From an uncultured Candidatus Rokubacteria bacterium (GTDB taxonomy: Bacteria > Methylomirabilota > Methylomirabilia > Rokubacteriales > CSP1-6), in the NCBI GenBank assembly GCA_963789955.1, contig CAWBMV010000014.1, positions 28,693 to 92,692 of the forward strand: a stretch of DNA of 64,000 bases, read 5' to 3'. Within the stretch, counting starts at the first letter, position 1. Each line of letters opens with the position of its first letter. A model generated the notes under the pieces. The model saw only the letters and a list, made by a program, of their open reading frames with translations, was not told the origin of the DNA and ran no database searches. Both the position numbers and the translations under genes were made by a program. Shown piece by piece: positions 51,309-61,504 of the stretch.

Positions 51309-52090
51309 GCGGCGGTTCCCAGATAGGCCTCGAGCACGCGCGGATCGCGCCGCACCTCGGCGAACGGCCCTTCCAGGAGGGTGCGTCCTTGGGCCATCAC
51401 GATCACGGGGTCGCAGAGCTCGGTGACGAGGTCCATATCGTGCTCGATGAGGAGGAACGTCCGCCCGGCGGCGCGGAGCGCGCGGATCGTCTCCACGAGC
51501 GAGCGCATGAGCGTGGGGTTCACGCCGGCGCCGGGCTCGTCGAGGAGGATGACGCGCGGGTCGCCCATCAGCACGCGCGCCAGCTCGAGAAGCTTTTTCT
51601 GGCCGCCGGAGAGCGTCTCGCGCCCGCGCGCCGGCCAGCGGCCCGAGATCCACGGACTCGAGGATCTCGTGGGCGCGCTGACGAAGACGCCGCTCCGCGG
51701 CCGTGACGCGCGCCGGCGAGGCGAAGACGCGCGCGAGCCCCTCGCCCGGCTGCGCGTGGGCGTAGACCAGCACGTTCTCGAGCACGGTCATCCGACCGAG
51801 CGGCCGCGGGATCTGGAACGTTCGCGCCAGGCCTCGTCGCGCGATCGCGTGCGCGGAGAGCCCGTCGATCCGGTCGCCGGCCAGGCGGATCTCGCCGTCG
51901 TCGGCCGGCGTGAGACCGCTGATCACGTTGAAGAGCGTCGTCTTGCCGGCGCCGTTCGGTCCGATGAGGCCGGTGATGGAGCCCCCGTGCACCGAGAGCG
52001 TGCACCCGGCAAGGGCCTCTACGCCGCCGAAGCGCTTGGTGATCCCGGTGACCGAGAGCAGCGGGGTCGTGGCGGAGTCTCCCGTGGCAC
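51305..52090 (-). CDS. livG: Branched-chain amino acid ABC ATPase (frameshift near 51620; start region damaged)
   Basis: KRFGG, GPNGAGKTT, ARTFQ, LDEPGAG, IEHDM, EAYLG. Confidence 0.86.
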
Positions 52091-52214
52091 CGGATCATAC
52101 GTCAGACGCGGCGCGAACGGCAGGGCGAGCCCTTTACATCGCCGCGGCACCGGTCGCGCGGTTTCGTGGTACGGTCGGGCCGTTCGCGGCGGCACGCGCG
52201 GAAAGGAGCAAGCG

Positions 52215-53465
52215 ATGACCGACCGACCCGACCTTGTGATCGACGGCGACGGACACGTGATCGAGGTCGACGAGACCTACGAGCGGATCGACCCCGCGTA
52301 CCGTGAGCGGCGTCCGCGCTACACGCAGGCGGGCCGCGGCTACATCGTGCGGCTCATCGACGGCAAGGTGTGGGGCCCCGAGACCGACATCGGATTCGTG
52401 GGCGTGAACGGCAACCTGCCCCCGCCGAAGGGCAAGGCCATCCACTATCGCCGGATGGGGACCTACAATCCCTGGGCGCGGCTCGCGGACATGGACCGTG
52501 ACCAGATCGACACGGCCGTCATCTATCCGACCGACGAGCTGCCGCTCACGGTGACCCGCGACGCCGGCTTTGCCGCGGCGCGCGCGCAGGCGTACAACGA
52601 CTGGCTCCACGACTACTGCGAGGTGTGCCCGTCGCGGCTCAAGGGCGTCGGCCTGGTGGCGCTCCAGGACGTGCCCGGCGCCATCGATGAGATGCACCGC
52701 GCGGTGAGCCGCCTGAACATGGTGGCCATCCAGATCGGCTGCACGGTGCGCGAGGACACGTTGCTGAGCGACGCGCGGCTCACCGACTTCTGGGCCGAGG
52801 CCGACCGCTTGGGCGTGCCGATCGCGGTCCACGGGCCGGCGCTGCCGTCGCTGTTCCGGAGCTACTTCGACCTCAATCGCCCGGACCACATGCTCGAAGC
52901 CTCGCACATGGCGCACACGTTCGCCCAGATGCTCGCGTGCTCCAACATCGTGACGAGCGGCCTGCTGGAGCGGTTCCGCAACCTGAAGGTCGCGTTCCTG
53001 GAGGCGGGCGCGGGCTGGGTCCCGTACTGGATGCACCGCATGGACGAGTACAACGAGGTCGCGCCCGAGCGCTGGGCGCACATCTCGGCGAAGCCGAGCG
53101 AGTACATCAAGGGCGGCCGCGTGTTCTTCAGCTGCGAGCCCGGCGACGAGTTCATCCCGTTCTTCGTCGATCACGTCGGCGAGGACGCGATGGTGTTCGC
53201 CTCCGACTATCTGCACTTCGATGCGCTGTTCGTCGGCGAGCCCGGCCACGACGGCAACCCGTATCCCGGCACGGTCGCCACCTTGCTCGGGCGCAAGGAC
53301 GTGCCCGATTCGGCCAAGCGCAAGATGCTGCTCGACAACAGCCTGCGCTTCTACGACATGGACAAGGCCAAGCTCGGCCGCCGCGGCGCCCCGGTCGCGC
53401 GACCCGAGCCGCCGGAGGCGCGCCGGAACACCGTGCCAGGGACGATCTCGGCGCGGGACGACTGA
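52215..53465 (+). CDS. Amidohydrolase_2 family protein
   Basis: IDGDGHVIE, ADMDRD, EAGAGWVP, FASDYLHFD; AAAGGAG RBS. Confidence 0.9.
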   Translation: MTDRPDLVIDGDGHVIEVDETYERIDPAYRERRPRYTQAGRGYIVRLIDGKVWGPETDIGFVGVNGNLPPPKGKAIHYRRMGTYNPWARLADMDRDQIDTAVIYPTDELPLTVTRDAGFAAARAQAYNDWLHDYCEVCPSRLKGVGLVALQDVPGAIDEMHRAVSRLNMVAIQIGCTVREDTLLSDARLTDFWAEADRLGVPIAVHGPALPSLFRSYFDLNRPDHMLEASHMAHTFAQMLACSNIVTSGLLERFRNLKVAFLEAGAGWVPYWMHRMDEYNEVAPERWAHISAKPSEYIKGGRVFFSCEPGDEFIPFFVDHVGEDAMVFASDYLHFDALFVGEPGHDGNPYPGTVATLLGRKDVPDSAKRKMLLDNSLRFYDMDKAKLGRRGAPVARPEPPEARRNTVPGTISARDD

Positions 53466-53478
53466 GCGCGACTTCGCG

Positions 53479-55038
53479 TCAAGCGTGGACGCCGATGATC
53501 TTCGCCCAGTCGCTCGCGTGCTGGTAGGCGTACGCGACCCGCATCAGGAGCGGATCGTCGAAGAAACGCCCGACGAGCTGCATGCTGACCGGAAGACCCG
53601 CTGGCGACTTGCCCACGGGCAGCGCGAGCGCGGGGTGACCGGTGTAGTTGAAGGGCTGCGTGTTGCGGGAGCCGGCCCTGCTCGCTGACGCGAGATTGTC
53701 CTCGACGGCCTCGAGATAGCTGCCGGGCGTGTGGTTCTTCGGTGCAGTCATGATGCAGGTCGGCATCACGAGCACGTCGACGTCGGCCAGCGCCGCGTCG
53801 TAGGCCTTGATGTAGGTGGGCCGTACGTTCTGGGCCTTGGCGTACACGCCGCCGTGATAGTTGCGCCGGCTCAGCTCGGAGGCGATGAGCGACAGCTTGG
53901 TGCGCGGCGCAAGCACGTCCGCCTGCGAAGCCCAGAGCTTGTTGATGGCCGCGATGACAGAAGCGGGATAGTAGGTCCTCGTGAAGGCGCCGAAGAACCC
54001 GGTCTTGAATAGCGCCAGCGCGCCCTCGCCCGAGAGCGCGGCCTGCGCGGTTCGGATGGCATGGTGCGCGGGGATGGAGACCTTGGCCACGCCGGCACCC
54101 GCCTTGGCGAGAACGTCGACCGCCGCCAGCACCAGGTCGCGCACGTCGTCCTGCGCCTCGTCGAAGCCTTCCTGGAGCACACCGATGCGCAGCCCGGCGA
54201 CTCCGTCGGCCAGCCGGCCCAGCACATCGACGCGCGCAGGAACATCGCGCGTCGAGCGGGGATCGTACGGGTCGTACCCGGCCGTGGCCTGGAGCGCCGC
54301 CGCCGCGTCCTCCACGGTGCGGGTCATCGGCCCCGTGTAGTCGATCGACTGGTCCGAGCCGAACCCGATCCCGAAGTGCGATACGAGCCCGAACGTGGGC
54401 TTGTGGCCGACGATCCCGCAGAACGCCGCCGGGATGCGGATGGAGCCGCCCTGGTCGCCGCCGAACGAGATGTCGACCTGGCCGGCGGCCACGGCCGCGC
54501 CGGAGCCCGACGACGATCCGCCGGTCACGTGCTCGCGGTTGTGGGGATTGAGGGGACGGCCGTAGTCGCCGATGGCGCCGCCGGTGCCGAATCCGCCACT
54601 CAGCCCGTTCATCACGTTCTTGCCGACGATGGTGCCGCCTGCCTGCAAGACGCGGGTGACCACGGTGGCGTCAAAGTCGGGGACGAAGCCGTCGAGGGCG
54701 AAGGAGCCGAAGCTCATCGGCATGCCGGCGATCGCGATGTGGTCCTTGAAGCTGACCGTCTTGCCCTTCAGCAAACCGTCGGCGGCTCCCTCGATCCGGC
54801 ACTTCCACATCCAGGCATTGAGGGGGTCTTCCTCTGCGCTCGGTCGCCGGCCGGGTGTCCGGCCGGCCGAGACCATCGGCGGCCTGGGCTCCTCGATCCG
54901 TGCCTGCACGAAGGCATCGAGCTGGCTCAGCTGTTCCATGAGGTGCTTGCGGTACAGGACGGCCTCCTCCGGACTCAGGTGGATGCCCAGCTCCTTGGCC
55001 ACCGCCACGACTTCATCGACGTCAGGCACCGCGTACAT
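53479..55038 (-). CDS. Amidase (amidase signature family)
   Basis: FKD, TGGSSSGS, GDQGGSIRIPAA. Confidence 0.92.
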   Translation of the reverse strand: MYAVPDVDEVVAVAKELGIHLSPEEAVLYRKHLMEQLSQLDAFVQARIEEPRPPMVSAGRTPGRRPSAEEDPLNAWMWKCRIEGAADGLLKGKTVSFKDHIAIAGMPMSFGSFALDGFVPDFDATVVTRVLQAGGTIVGKNVMNGLSGGFGTGGAIGDYGRPLNPHNREHVTGGSSSGSGAAVAAGQVDISFGGDQGGSIRIPAAFCGIVGHKPTFGLVSHFGIGFGSDQSIDYTGPMTRTVEDAAAALQATAGYDPYDPRSTRDVPARVDVLGRLADGVAGLRIGVLQEGFDEAQDDVRDLVLAAVDVLAKAGAGVAKVSIPAHHAIRTAQAALSGEGALALFKTGFFGAFTRTYYPASVIAAINKLWASQADVLAPRTKLSLIASELSRRNYHGGVYAKAQNVRPTYIKAYDAALADVDVLVMPTCIMTAPKNHTPGSYLEAVEDNLASASRAGSRNTQPFNYTGHPALALPVGKSPAGLPVSMQLVGRFFDDPLLMRVAYAYQHASDWAKIIGVHA

Positions 55039-55067
55039 GGATGTCTCTCCTTCTCACCTTCGCTGCG

Positions 55068-55785
55068 TCATGCCTTGTCCGGGGTCCCCAGCCAGAACGG
55101 GCTGGTCTTGCCGATCAGCTCGAGATAGGCGCGGCGCTCCTCGCCGCGACGCGGGTACCACGTCGACAGATAGTCGGCGTCGAGCATGTGGTGGCGCGAT
55201 TCCGTCGCGAAGAAGCCGGCCAGCTCCGCGAGACCGATGAAGCCTTCTTCCGAGCGCGCCTGAAAGGCCGGCCAGCGTCGCGCGTGCTCTTCCGACCGGA
55301 AGAGGTTCATGCCGGTTCACAGGAACGGCGGCCGGCCTCGGGAAGGCACCGAAGCCGTAGTTGAGGTGTCCCACGACTCCGGGCGGATCGACCCACACGA
55401 TCCGGCCGTCCCGCATCTCGACGCTCACCGGATCGCCGCAATCGAGGCACGGGGCGTCGACGCGCACCGTCTCACCGGGAAACAGCCAGGTGACCGAGGT
55501 CGCCTCGAACCCGCACTGGGCGAACCAGCGCTGCGCGCCGCGCACGGTGATCCGGTACTGCGTCGGCAGGTTGTTCAGCGGCGGGAACGACGCGATGTAG
55601 TCCGTCTCGGGGTGCAGCCAGCCGATCGGATAGGCGCGCATCACGTCGTGGAGGAGCAAGCGTCCCTCCTCGACGCCGAGGCCCAGCGCCCGAGCGAGCT
55701 CCGCGTAGTGCGGCGCGGTCCCGGTGTCGACGAGCCCGCGCATGATGCGCTGGAACATCCGGTCCATGAGAAGCGCGTCGGCCAT
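55068..55785 (-). CDS. MerB-like (organomercurial lyase fold) selenoprotein; Sec at TGA 55317-55319; 1-nt insertion near 55345
   Basis: N-terminal wHTH-like part, FPPLNNLPTQYRI, WFAQCGFEA, VDAPCLDCGDPV, VGHLN, then PPFL-U-TGMNLFRSEEHARRW once one base is removed. Confidence 0.75.
55287..55304 (-). promoter_or_regulatory. SECIS hairpin of the MerB-like gene
   Basis: CUCUUCC-GGUC-GGAAGAG 12 nt after the UGA. Confidence 0.75.
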
Positions 55786-55925
55786 CGCTGCCTCCCCCGG
55801 CGAGTATATGTCACGCGCCGTCGGCCGGGCCGGCCGGCGACAAACGCCCGGAGAGTGCTAAAGTTGCCGTGGCTCGGCGCGGTGACATGAGCTCGATGCC
55901 GCGGGCTCACGCGGAGGGTGAGGCG

Positions 55926-56987
55926 ATGGATTTCGGGATCTTCAATCTGATGGGGGCGCGCCAGCCGGACAAGCCGACGGCGCAGGTGTTTGGCGAAGTC
56001 GCCGAGCAGACGAAGCTGGCGGACACGCTCGGCTACACGATCGCCTGGTTCGCCGAGCACCACTTCTCGAACTATTGCCTGTGCGCGTCGCCCTTGATGA
56101 TGGTGGCGCATTGCGCCTCGATCACGAAGCGGATCCGGCTCGGCACCGCCGTCGTGGTCTTGCCGCTCTACAACCCGGCCCGGCTGGCCGCCGAGATCGC
56201 CACCGCCGACGCGCTGTCGAACGGCCGGCTGATGCTCGGTATCGGCGCCGGATATCAGCCCTACGAATTCGAGCGGTTCGGCGTCGACATCGCCCGGAAT
56301 CTCGAAATGACCGACGAGTTCTGCGACATCCTCGACCTGGCCTTCAGTCGGGAGTTTTTCAGCTACCACGGCAAGCACTACCAGATGCCGGACACTCACA
56401 TCCCCGCCCGCCCGGTGCAGAACCCGCTGCCGATCTACGTCGCCGGCCATACCCAGGCGATGTTCCGCGCGGCCGCGCGGCACGGCTATCGCGTGCTGAC
56501 GTCGGGCCGGGTCGGCGGGATCAAGCTGCTGGCCGAGCAGTATGCCGACATCGTCGCCGCCTTCGCCGCCGAGAAGGTGCCGCTGTCGCGGGCGCATCTC
56601 ACGCTCAACCGCTTCGCCCACATCACCGGCAGCCGTGAGGAAGGAATGCGGTTCGCGGAGAACGCGCGCTATCAGTCGCGGCTCGCGTCGAGCCTCCGGC
56701 GCCGGCAGGAGGTCATGCAGGGAACCATTCTGGTCGATGTGCCGTTCCCCGACGAGCCGCCGCTCGACACCATCTACGAAGACCTGTTGATCGGCGACGT
56801 CGAGACCGTGGCCGAGAAGCTCGTCGCCGAGATCCACGCGACCAAGCCCGAACACGTGTGCTTCTCGTTCAAGGTCGGCGACACGCCGCACGCTTCGGCG
56901 ATGCGCTCGATGGAGCTGATGATCGGTGAGGTCAAGCCGATGGTCGAACGGGCGCTCGGGCCGGTCGAGCACGTGGCAGCGGAGTGA
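55926..56987 (+). CDS. LLM class flavin-dependent oxidoreductase
   Basis: WFAEHHFSNY, RLGTAVVVLPLYNP, GIGAGYQ. Confidence 0.92.
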   Translation: MDFGIFNLMGARQPDKPTAQVFGEVAEQTKLADTLGYTIAWFAEHHFSNYCLCASPLMMVAHCASITKRIRLGTAVVVLPLYNPARLAAEIATADALSNGRLMLGIGAGYQPYEFERFGVDIARNLEMTDEFCDILDLAFSREFFSYHGKHYQMPDTHIPARPVQNPLPIYVAGHTQAMFRAAARHGYRVLTSGRVGGIKLLAEQYADIVAAFAAEKVPLSRAHLTLNRFAHITGSREEGMRFAENARYQSRLASSLRRRQEVMQGTILVDVPFPDEPPLDTIYEDLLIGDVETVAEKLVAEIHATKPEHVCFSFKVGDTPHASAMRSMELMIGEVKPMVERALGPVEHVAAE

Positions 56988-56990
56988 CCC

Positions 56991-57902
56991 ATGGCACTTG
57001 AAACCCGCGATCCTCGTCTCCACGACCTCGTCGCCCCCGACGCGCCGATCGATCGCGTCGCCGGCGGGCTCACGTTCACCGAGGGCCCGATCTGGCGTGG
57101 TGGAGCGCTGCTGTTCAGCGACATCCCCAACAAGCGCATCGCGCGCTGGCGACGGCTGCCCGAGGGGCCCGAGCTGACGACGTATGCCACGGGCATGTCC
57201 AACGGCCTCACCGTGGACCGCCAGGGCCGCGTGCTGGCGGCGGAGCACGACGGCCGCCGCGTCACGCGCGTCAGCGACGACGGCGCACGCGCGGTGCTGG
57301 CCGAGCGCTTTCAGGGCAAGCGGCTCAACAGCCCCAACGACATCGTCGTGAAGTCCGACGGCTCCATCTATTTCACGGATCCGCCCTACGCCGTCCGGCC
57401 CCTACCGCCGGGGACGGTGCGGCCGGCCGGATGGTGGACGCAGCCGATCGAGGGCAAAGAGCAGTCGATTCACGGCGTGTACCGGATCACTCCCGACGGG
57501 ACCCTTCACCTGCTCGTCGACGACTTCGCACTGCCGAACGGCCTGGCCTTCTCGCCCGACGAGTCGGTGCTCTACATCGACGATTCCGCTCACAAGCACA
57601 TCCGGGCGTTCGAAGTGCGGCCGGACGGCACGCTGCGTGGAAGCCGAATCCTGCTGGACATGGCCTCGGCGGATCCCGGGGTACCCGACGGTCTCAAGGT
57701 GGACGTCCACGGCAACGTGTTCTGCACCGGGCCCGGTGGCGTCTGGGTGTGCCGGGCCGACGGGACACTGCTCGGGCGGATCGTGCTGCCCGAGCTGCCG
57801 GCGAACCTGGCCTGGGGCGAGGACGGGACCGTGCTCTTTTTCACGGCCCGGACCAGCGTCTACCGGATGCCGACGAAGACGCGGGGCACGCTGCTCGGCT
57901 GA
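56991..57902 (+). CDS. SMP-30/gluconolactonase/LRE family protein
   Basis: FTEGPIW, NSPNDIV, PNGLAFSPDE, PDGLKVD. Confidence 0.92.
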   Translation: MALETRDPRLHDLVAPDAPIDRVAGGLTFTEGPIWRGGALLFSDIPNKRIARWRRLPEGPELTTYATGMSNGLTVDRQGRVLAAEHDGRRVTRVSDDGARAVLAERFQGKRLNSPNDIVVKSDGSIYFTDPPYAVRPLPPGTVRPAGWWTQPIEGKEQSIHGVYRITPDGTLHLLVDDFALPNGLAFSPDESVLYIDDSAHKHIRAFEVRPDGTLRGSRILLDMASADPGVPDGLKVDVHGNVFCTGPGGVWVCRADGTLLGRIVLPELPANLAWGEDGTVLFFTARTSVYRMPTKTRGTLLG

Positions 57903-58076
57903 TCAACCTCGACGTGGCCCGGGATGAGACGTGGCGCATCTTTCCGGCGCTCACCGCCGCTTACGTCGTGTGCCGCTGCGTCCGGTGTCATCCTTGATCC
58001 ACGCCCCGAAGATCGTCGCGACCCCGGCGGTCAAGAGGACCAGCACGAGGGCGAATCCGGTCATCGGCGGGCCCTT

Positions 58077-58451
58077 TCACTCCTTGGACGCGAGCACTTT
58101 GGCGCACTCGTCGGCGACGCGGCTATCCGGATCGTTGTCGCCCGGCATGGTCGCCCATCCAGCCTTCTTCACGTACTCCGGCCGCTCCCACTCTCCGGTA
58201 TCTCGGAGCGCCTTGAGCTTCTGCTGCTGACCGGGATCGTGATGTGCCGCCGCGACGCAAATCGACGTCAGGCGATGCACCACCGCGTCTTCGGCCATCG
58301 CCTTGGCGTTGGCTTGCGCAGTGCCGCCTGTCACCCATCCACCCCATCCGAAGCCGACGATCATGGTCACCACGACGGCGGCGACGGTAAACCAGAACAT
58401 GAGCGTCTTCGTCGGGCGCGCTTGGCTCCATCGTTCACTGAGATTGGCCAT
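58077..58451 (-). CDS. Conserved hypothetical membrane-anchored protein
   Basis: One TM segment, GFGWGGWVTGGTA, two Cys, GWATMPG; GAGG RBS. Confidence 0.8.
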   Translation of the reverse strand: MANLSERWSQARPTKTLMFWFTVAAVVVTMIVGFGWGGWVTGGTAQANAKAMAEDAVVHRLTSICVAAAHHDPGQQQKLKALRDTGEWERPEYVKKAGWATMPGDNDPDSRVADECAKVLASKE

Positions 58452-58509
58452 GTTTCACCTCGTTCGAGTTACGTGTCGGCGCAACTCCGCGTCTAGTCAA
58501 CCGCCGAGA

Positions 58510-58525
58510 TGCAAGTTCAGCGCCG
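58510..58525 (-). promoter_or_regulatory. sigma-54 promoter for 58451
   Basis: CGGCGC-TGAAC-TTGCA (GG-N10-GC). Confidence 0.65.
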
Positions 58526-58601
58526 CAGTAGCCGAAGGCCGCACCAGTACGTGGCGCCGCGACAGCCCGCGAACTGGACACCGCTACGGAAGATGCGCGA
58601 C

Positions 58602-58635
58602 GCGACAGGATGTCGGCATAGCGACATGCTGTCGC
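58602..58635. promoter_or_regulatory. Tandem enhancer (UAS) palindromes
   Basis: GCGACAggaTGTCGG and GCGACAtgcTGTCGC, 19 bp start-to-start. Confidence 0.7.
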
Positions 58636-58657
58636 CTGAAACTGGAGCTCCGGCCCG

Positions 58658-59993
58658 TCACGACTCCGGCAATCGGAACATGCGCTGCAGGGTCCGGACG
58701 CTGACACCGAGAATCCGGGCGGCGGCGTTCTTGTCCCCCTTGGTCTCGGCGAGCACGCGATCGATGTACTGCTTTTCGATCTCGCCGAGGGTCGGACGGA
58801 CGTGATCGCCGGTCGCCCCTGGAACGCCGAAATCGGTGGTCAAGTCGGCCGGTGTGATGGTCGCTTGCTTGGTAAGCGTGGCCGCACGCTCGACGACGTT
58901 CTCGAGCTGCCGCACATTGCCCGGCCATGGCTGCTTGACGAGCCAGTCCATCGCCTCGTCGGAGAAGCGCAGGGCCGATTTGCCCAGGCGGGCCGCGGCA
59001 CGCTCAAGGAAGTGCTGGGCGAGTAACGGTATGTCGTCACGCCGTTCGCGCAGGCTCGGGAGCCGGATGGGAATCACCGCGAGTCGATAGTAGAGATCCT
59101 CGCGGAAGGTTTCGCCGCTCACCCGGCTCGCCAGGTCGCGATTCGTCGCGCTGATGACACGCACGTCGAGCCGCGTTTCCTCGTTGCCCCCCACCGGTCG
59201 AACCGTCTTGTCCTGAAGGGCTCGCAGAAGCTTGGCCTGCAGCGCCAGCGACATGTCCGCGATCTCGTCCAGGAAGAGCGTGCCGCCGCTCGCCTCGGCG
59301 AACAGTCCGCGCCGGCGGCGCTCGGCGCCGGTGAACGCTCCCCGCTCGTGACCGAACAGCTCCGACTCGAGCAGCGTGTCGGGAATCGCCGCACAATTGA
59401 CGGCAATGAACGGTCGCGCGCGCCGGGGCCCGTTCCAGTGGATGGCTCGAGCCACGAGCTCCTTGCCGCTGCCGCTTTCCCCCATCAGGAGCACCGTCGC
59501 CTCACTGCCGGCGACGGCGGCGATCTGATCGAGCACGTTTTGCATCGCGCGCGAGTCGGCCGAGCAGGTTCGTCACGGCGTATTGCCGGCCGACTTCCTC
59601 GCGTAGTCGCCGGTTCTCTTCGCGCAGCCGCTGATCCTCGAGCGCGCGACGGACGGCGATGGTGACTTCCGCCATCTTGAATGGCTTCGAGAGATAGTCG
59701 TAGGCGCCTTGACGCAGGGCCGCGATGGCCGTTTCGAGGCTCGCGAAGGCCGTCATCAAGATGACGCGGGCTCGGGGCTGCAGTCGCTGCGCTTCCCGGA
59801 GCACCGCCAGGCCGTCGATCTCGTCCATGACGAGATCGGTCACCACGACGTCGTACTCGTCGCGCGCCAGCGCCGCGAGCGCCTCGGCGCCAGAATGGGC
59901 GGGGGTGACCGCGAAGCCCTCGCCCTCCAGGTGACGCTGTATCAGCTTCACCATTTCCTGTTCGTTGTCGACCACCAGCACGTGCCGCGTCAT
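58658..59993 (-). CDS. sigma-54-dependent response regulator, NtrC/AtoC family (frameshift near 59550)
   Basis: REC domain (VTDLVM, SKPF), [22 protein letters not shown], Fis-type HTH. Confidence 0.92.
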
Positions 59994-61459
59994 GCCTCGC
60001 ACGCTCCATCCTCGGCCAGCCAGACAACGAACGTCGCGCCGGCCCCGGGCTCACTCTGGAGGGTGAGCTCGCCTCCGAGCCCCTTGAGGATATCGCGGCA
60101 GATAGGAAGCCCCAGCCCGGTTCCCTCGCCCGGCGGTTTGGTGCTGAAGAACGGCTCGAAGACCCGCGCCTGGATCGCCGTCGGAATACCGGGCCCGCTA
60201 TCCTGGACGGCGATCTCGACGCCCGCCCGTGTGCCCCGGAAGGTTCGACGCGCGGCGAGCTGGACATGGCCGGTCGGCCGGGCCGCCTCGAAGGCGTTCA
60301 TCAGGATATTGATCAGAACCTGCTGCAGCTGATTGCGGTCAGCCCGCACGGCAGGCAGATCGGCCGGGATCGACACCTCCAGCGTGACGCCGTGTCGGCG
60401 CGCCGCGTACTCGAGCAGAAGCAAGAGGCGATCGACGAGGTCCTTGAGGACGACCGACCGGATCTCGGGCTTGACCGGCCGCACGGTATCCAGTAGCGAG
60501 CGAATCATGGCGGTGATGCGATCGATCTGCCCGACGATCACGTTGAGCTCATCGCGCCGGGCGTCGCCGGGCGGCAAGTTCTGCAGGATGAACTCGGCGC
60601 GGCCGGAGATGATGTTCAGCGGTGTGCCGATCTCGTGGGCGAGGCCGCTGGCCAGACGACCGGCGACGGCGAGCGTCGCCGAGTGGCGAAGCTGCTGCTC
60701 GAGATCGAGCGTGTGCTCGGTCTCGCGCAGCAGATCCTGACGGGCGGCCTGAAGCTGCGCCGCCATCGTATTGAACGCCTCGGCCACTCGACCGAGCTCA
60801 TCGCGCCGGTCGACCGGCAGCGGTGTCGCCGACTCGCCCCGCCCCAGATGCGTGATGCCCTCCATCAGGCGTGACAGCGGGCGAAACACCTCACGCTGCA
60901 GCACGAGCCCCGTGAGAACGGTCATCGAGATCACGAGCAGACTCAGCCGGACGACGATGTCCCAGGTGGCGCTGCGCACGCGCTCGTCGATCGGCGACAC
61001 GAGATGCGCCACCTCCATCGTCCCGACGACGCCACCTTCATTCGCTCGAATCGGCAAGACATACGAGAAGAGTCTCTGCTTGCCGCTGCCGGAGGAGAGC
61101 CCCTCGGGCTGCCCGGTCTCGGCCACGCGCCGCAGCACGTCGGCCGGCACGGCGTCGGCGGCCGGAAGCCGGTTCGATACGAACAGAGCATTCAGCGAGC
61201 GATCGAAGATCCGGATGCGATCGACCTGCTCCTGATCCTTCACGACCTCGGCCAGCATGCCCTGCAGGTCCGAGTCGCGCGGCCCACGAAGGCCCCGCTC
61301 GACACTGGCGCGGATGGCCTTCGCGACGAGGATCACGGTCCGCTCGGTGTCGGCAAGGAGCTCACCGCGGCCGGTCCGGACACGGATGAGGCCATACACG
61401 CCGACGACGAGGATCGGCGGGATCATCAAGACCAGGATCAGCCGGAGTCTCAGCCCCAT
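59990..61459 (-). CDS. HAMP-domain sensor histidine kinase
   Basis: Two TM segments, DELGRVA, LAHEIGTPL, QDSGPGI, FFSTK, GTGLGL. Confidence 0.93.
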   Translation of the reverse strand: MGLRLRLILVLMIPPILVVGVYGLIRVRTGRGELLADTERTVILVAKAIRASVERGLRGPRDSDLQGMLAEVVKDQEQVDRIRIFDRSLNALFVSNRLPAADAVPADVLRRVAETGQPEGLSSGSGKQRLFSYVLPIRANEGGVVGTMEVAHLVSPIDERVRSATWDIVVRLSLLVISMTVLTGLVLQREVFRPLSRLMEGITHLGRGESATPLPVDRRDELGRVAEAFNTMAAQLQAARQDLLRETEHTLDLEQQLRHSATLAVAGRLASGLAHEIGTPLNIISGRAEFILQNLPPGDARRDELNVIVGQIDRITAMIRSLLDTVRPVKPEIRSVVLKDLVDRLLLLLEYAARRHGVTLEVSIPADLPAVRADRNQLQQVLINILMNAFEAARPTGHVQLAARRTFRGTRAGVEIAVQDSGPGIPTAIQARVFEPFFSTKPPGEGTGLGLPICRDILKGLGGELTLQSEPGAGATFVVWLAEDGACEA

Positions 61460-61504
61460 CTGGCCGGGTAGGATACTCCCGGAGCGACCAGGCGTGCGCT
61501 CAGG

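Noticed and set aside
50556..51992. LivG-LivF double-ATPase fusion
   Set aside because: Frameshift artefact. LivG ends at 51305 (EAYLGTAA) and overlaps the LivF GTG.
55068..55785. Canonical mercury-resistance locus
   Set aside because: No merA, merR, merT or merP in the window; only a divergent MerB-like gene.
920..59993. About 25 single-base frameshifts as mass pseudogenisation or programmed frameshifting
   Set aside because: They are scattered, occur in GC-rich runs without slippery sites, and the genes show no other decay. Long-read indel error explains them best.
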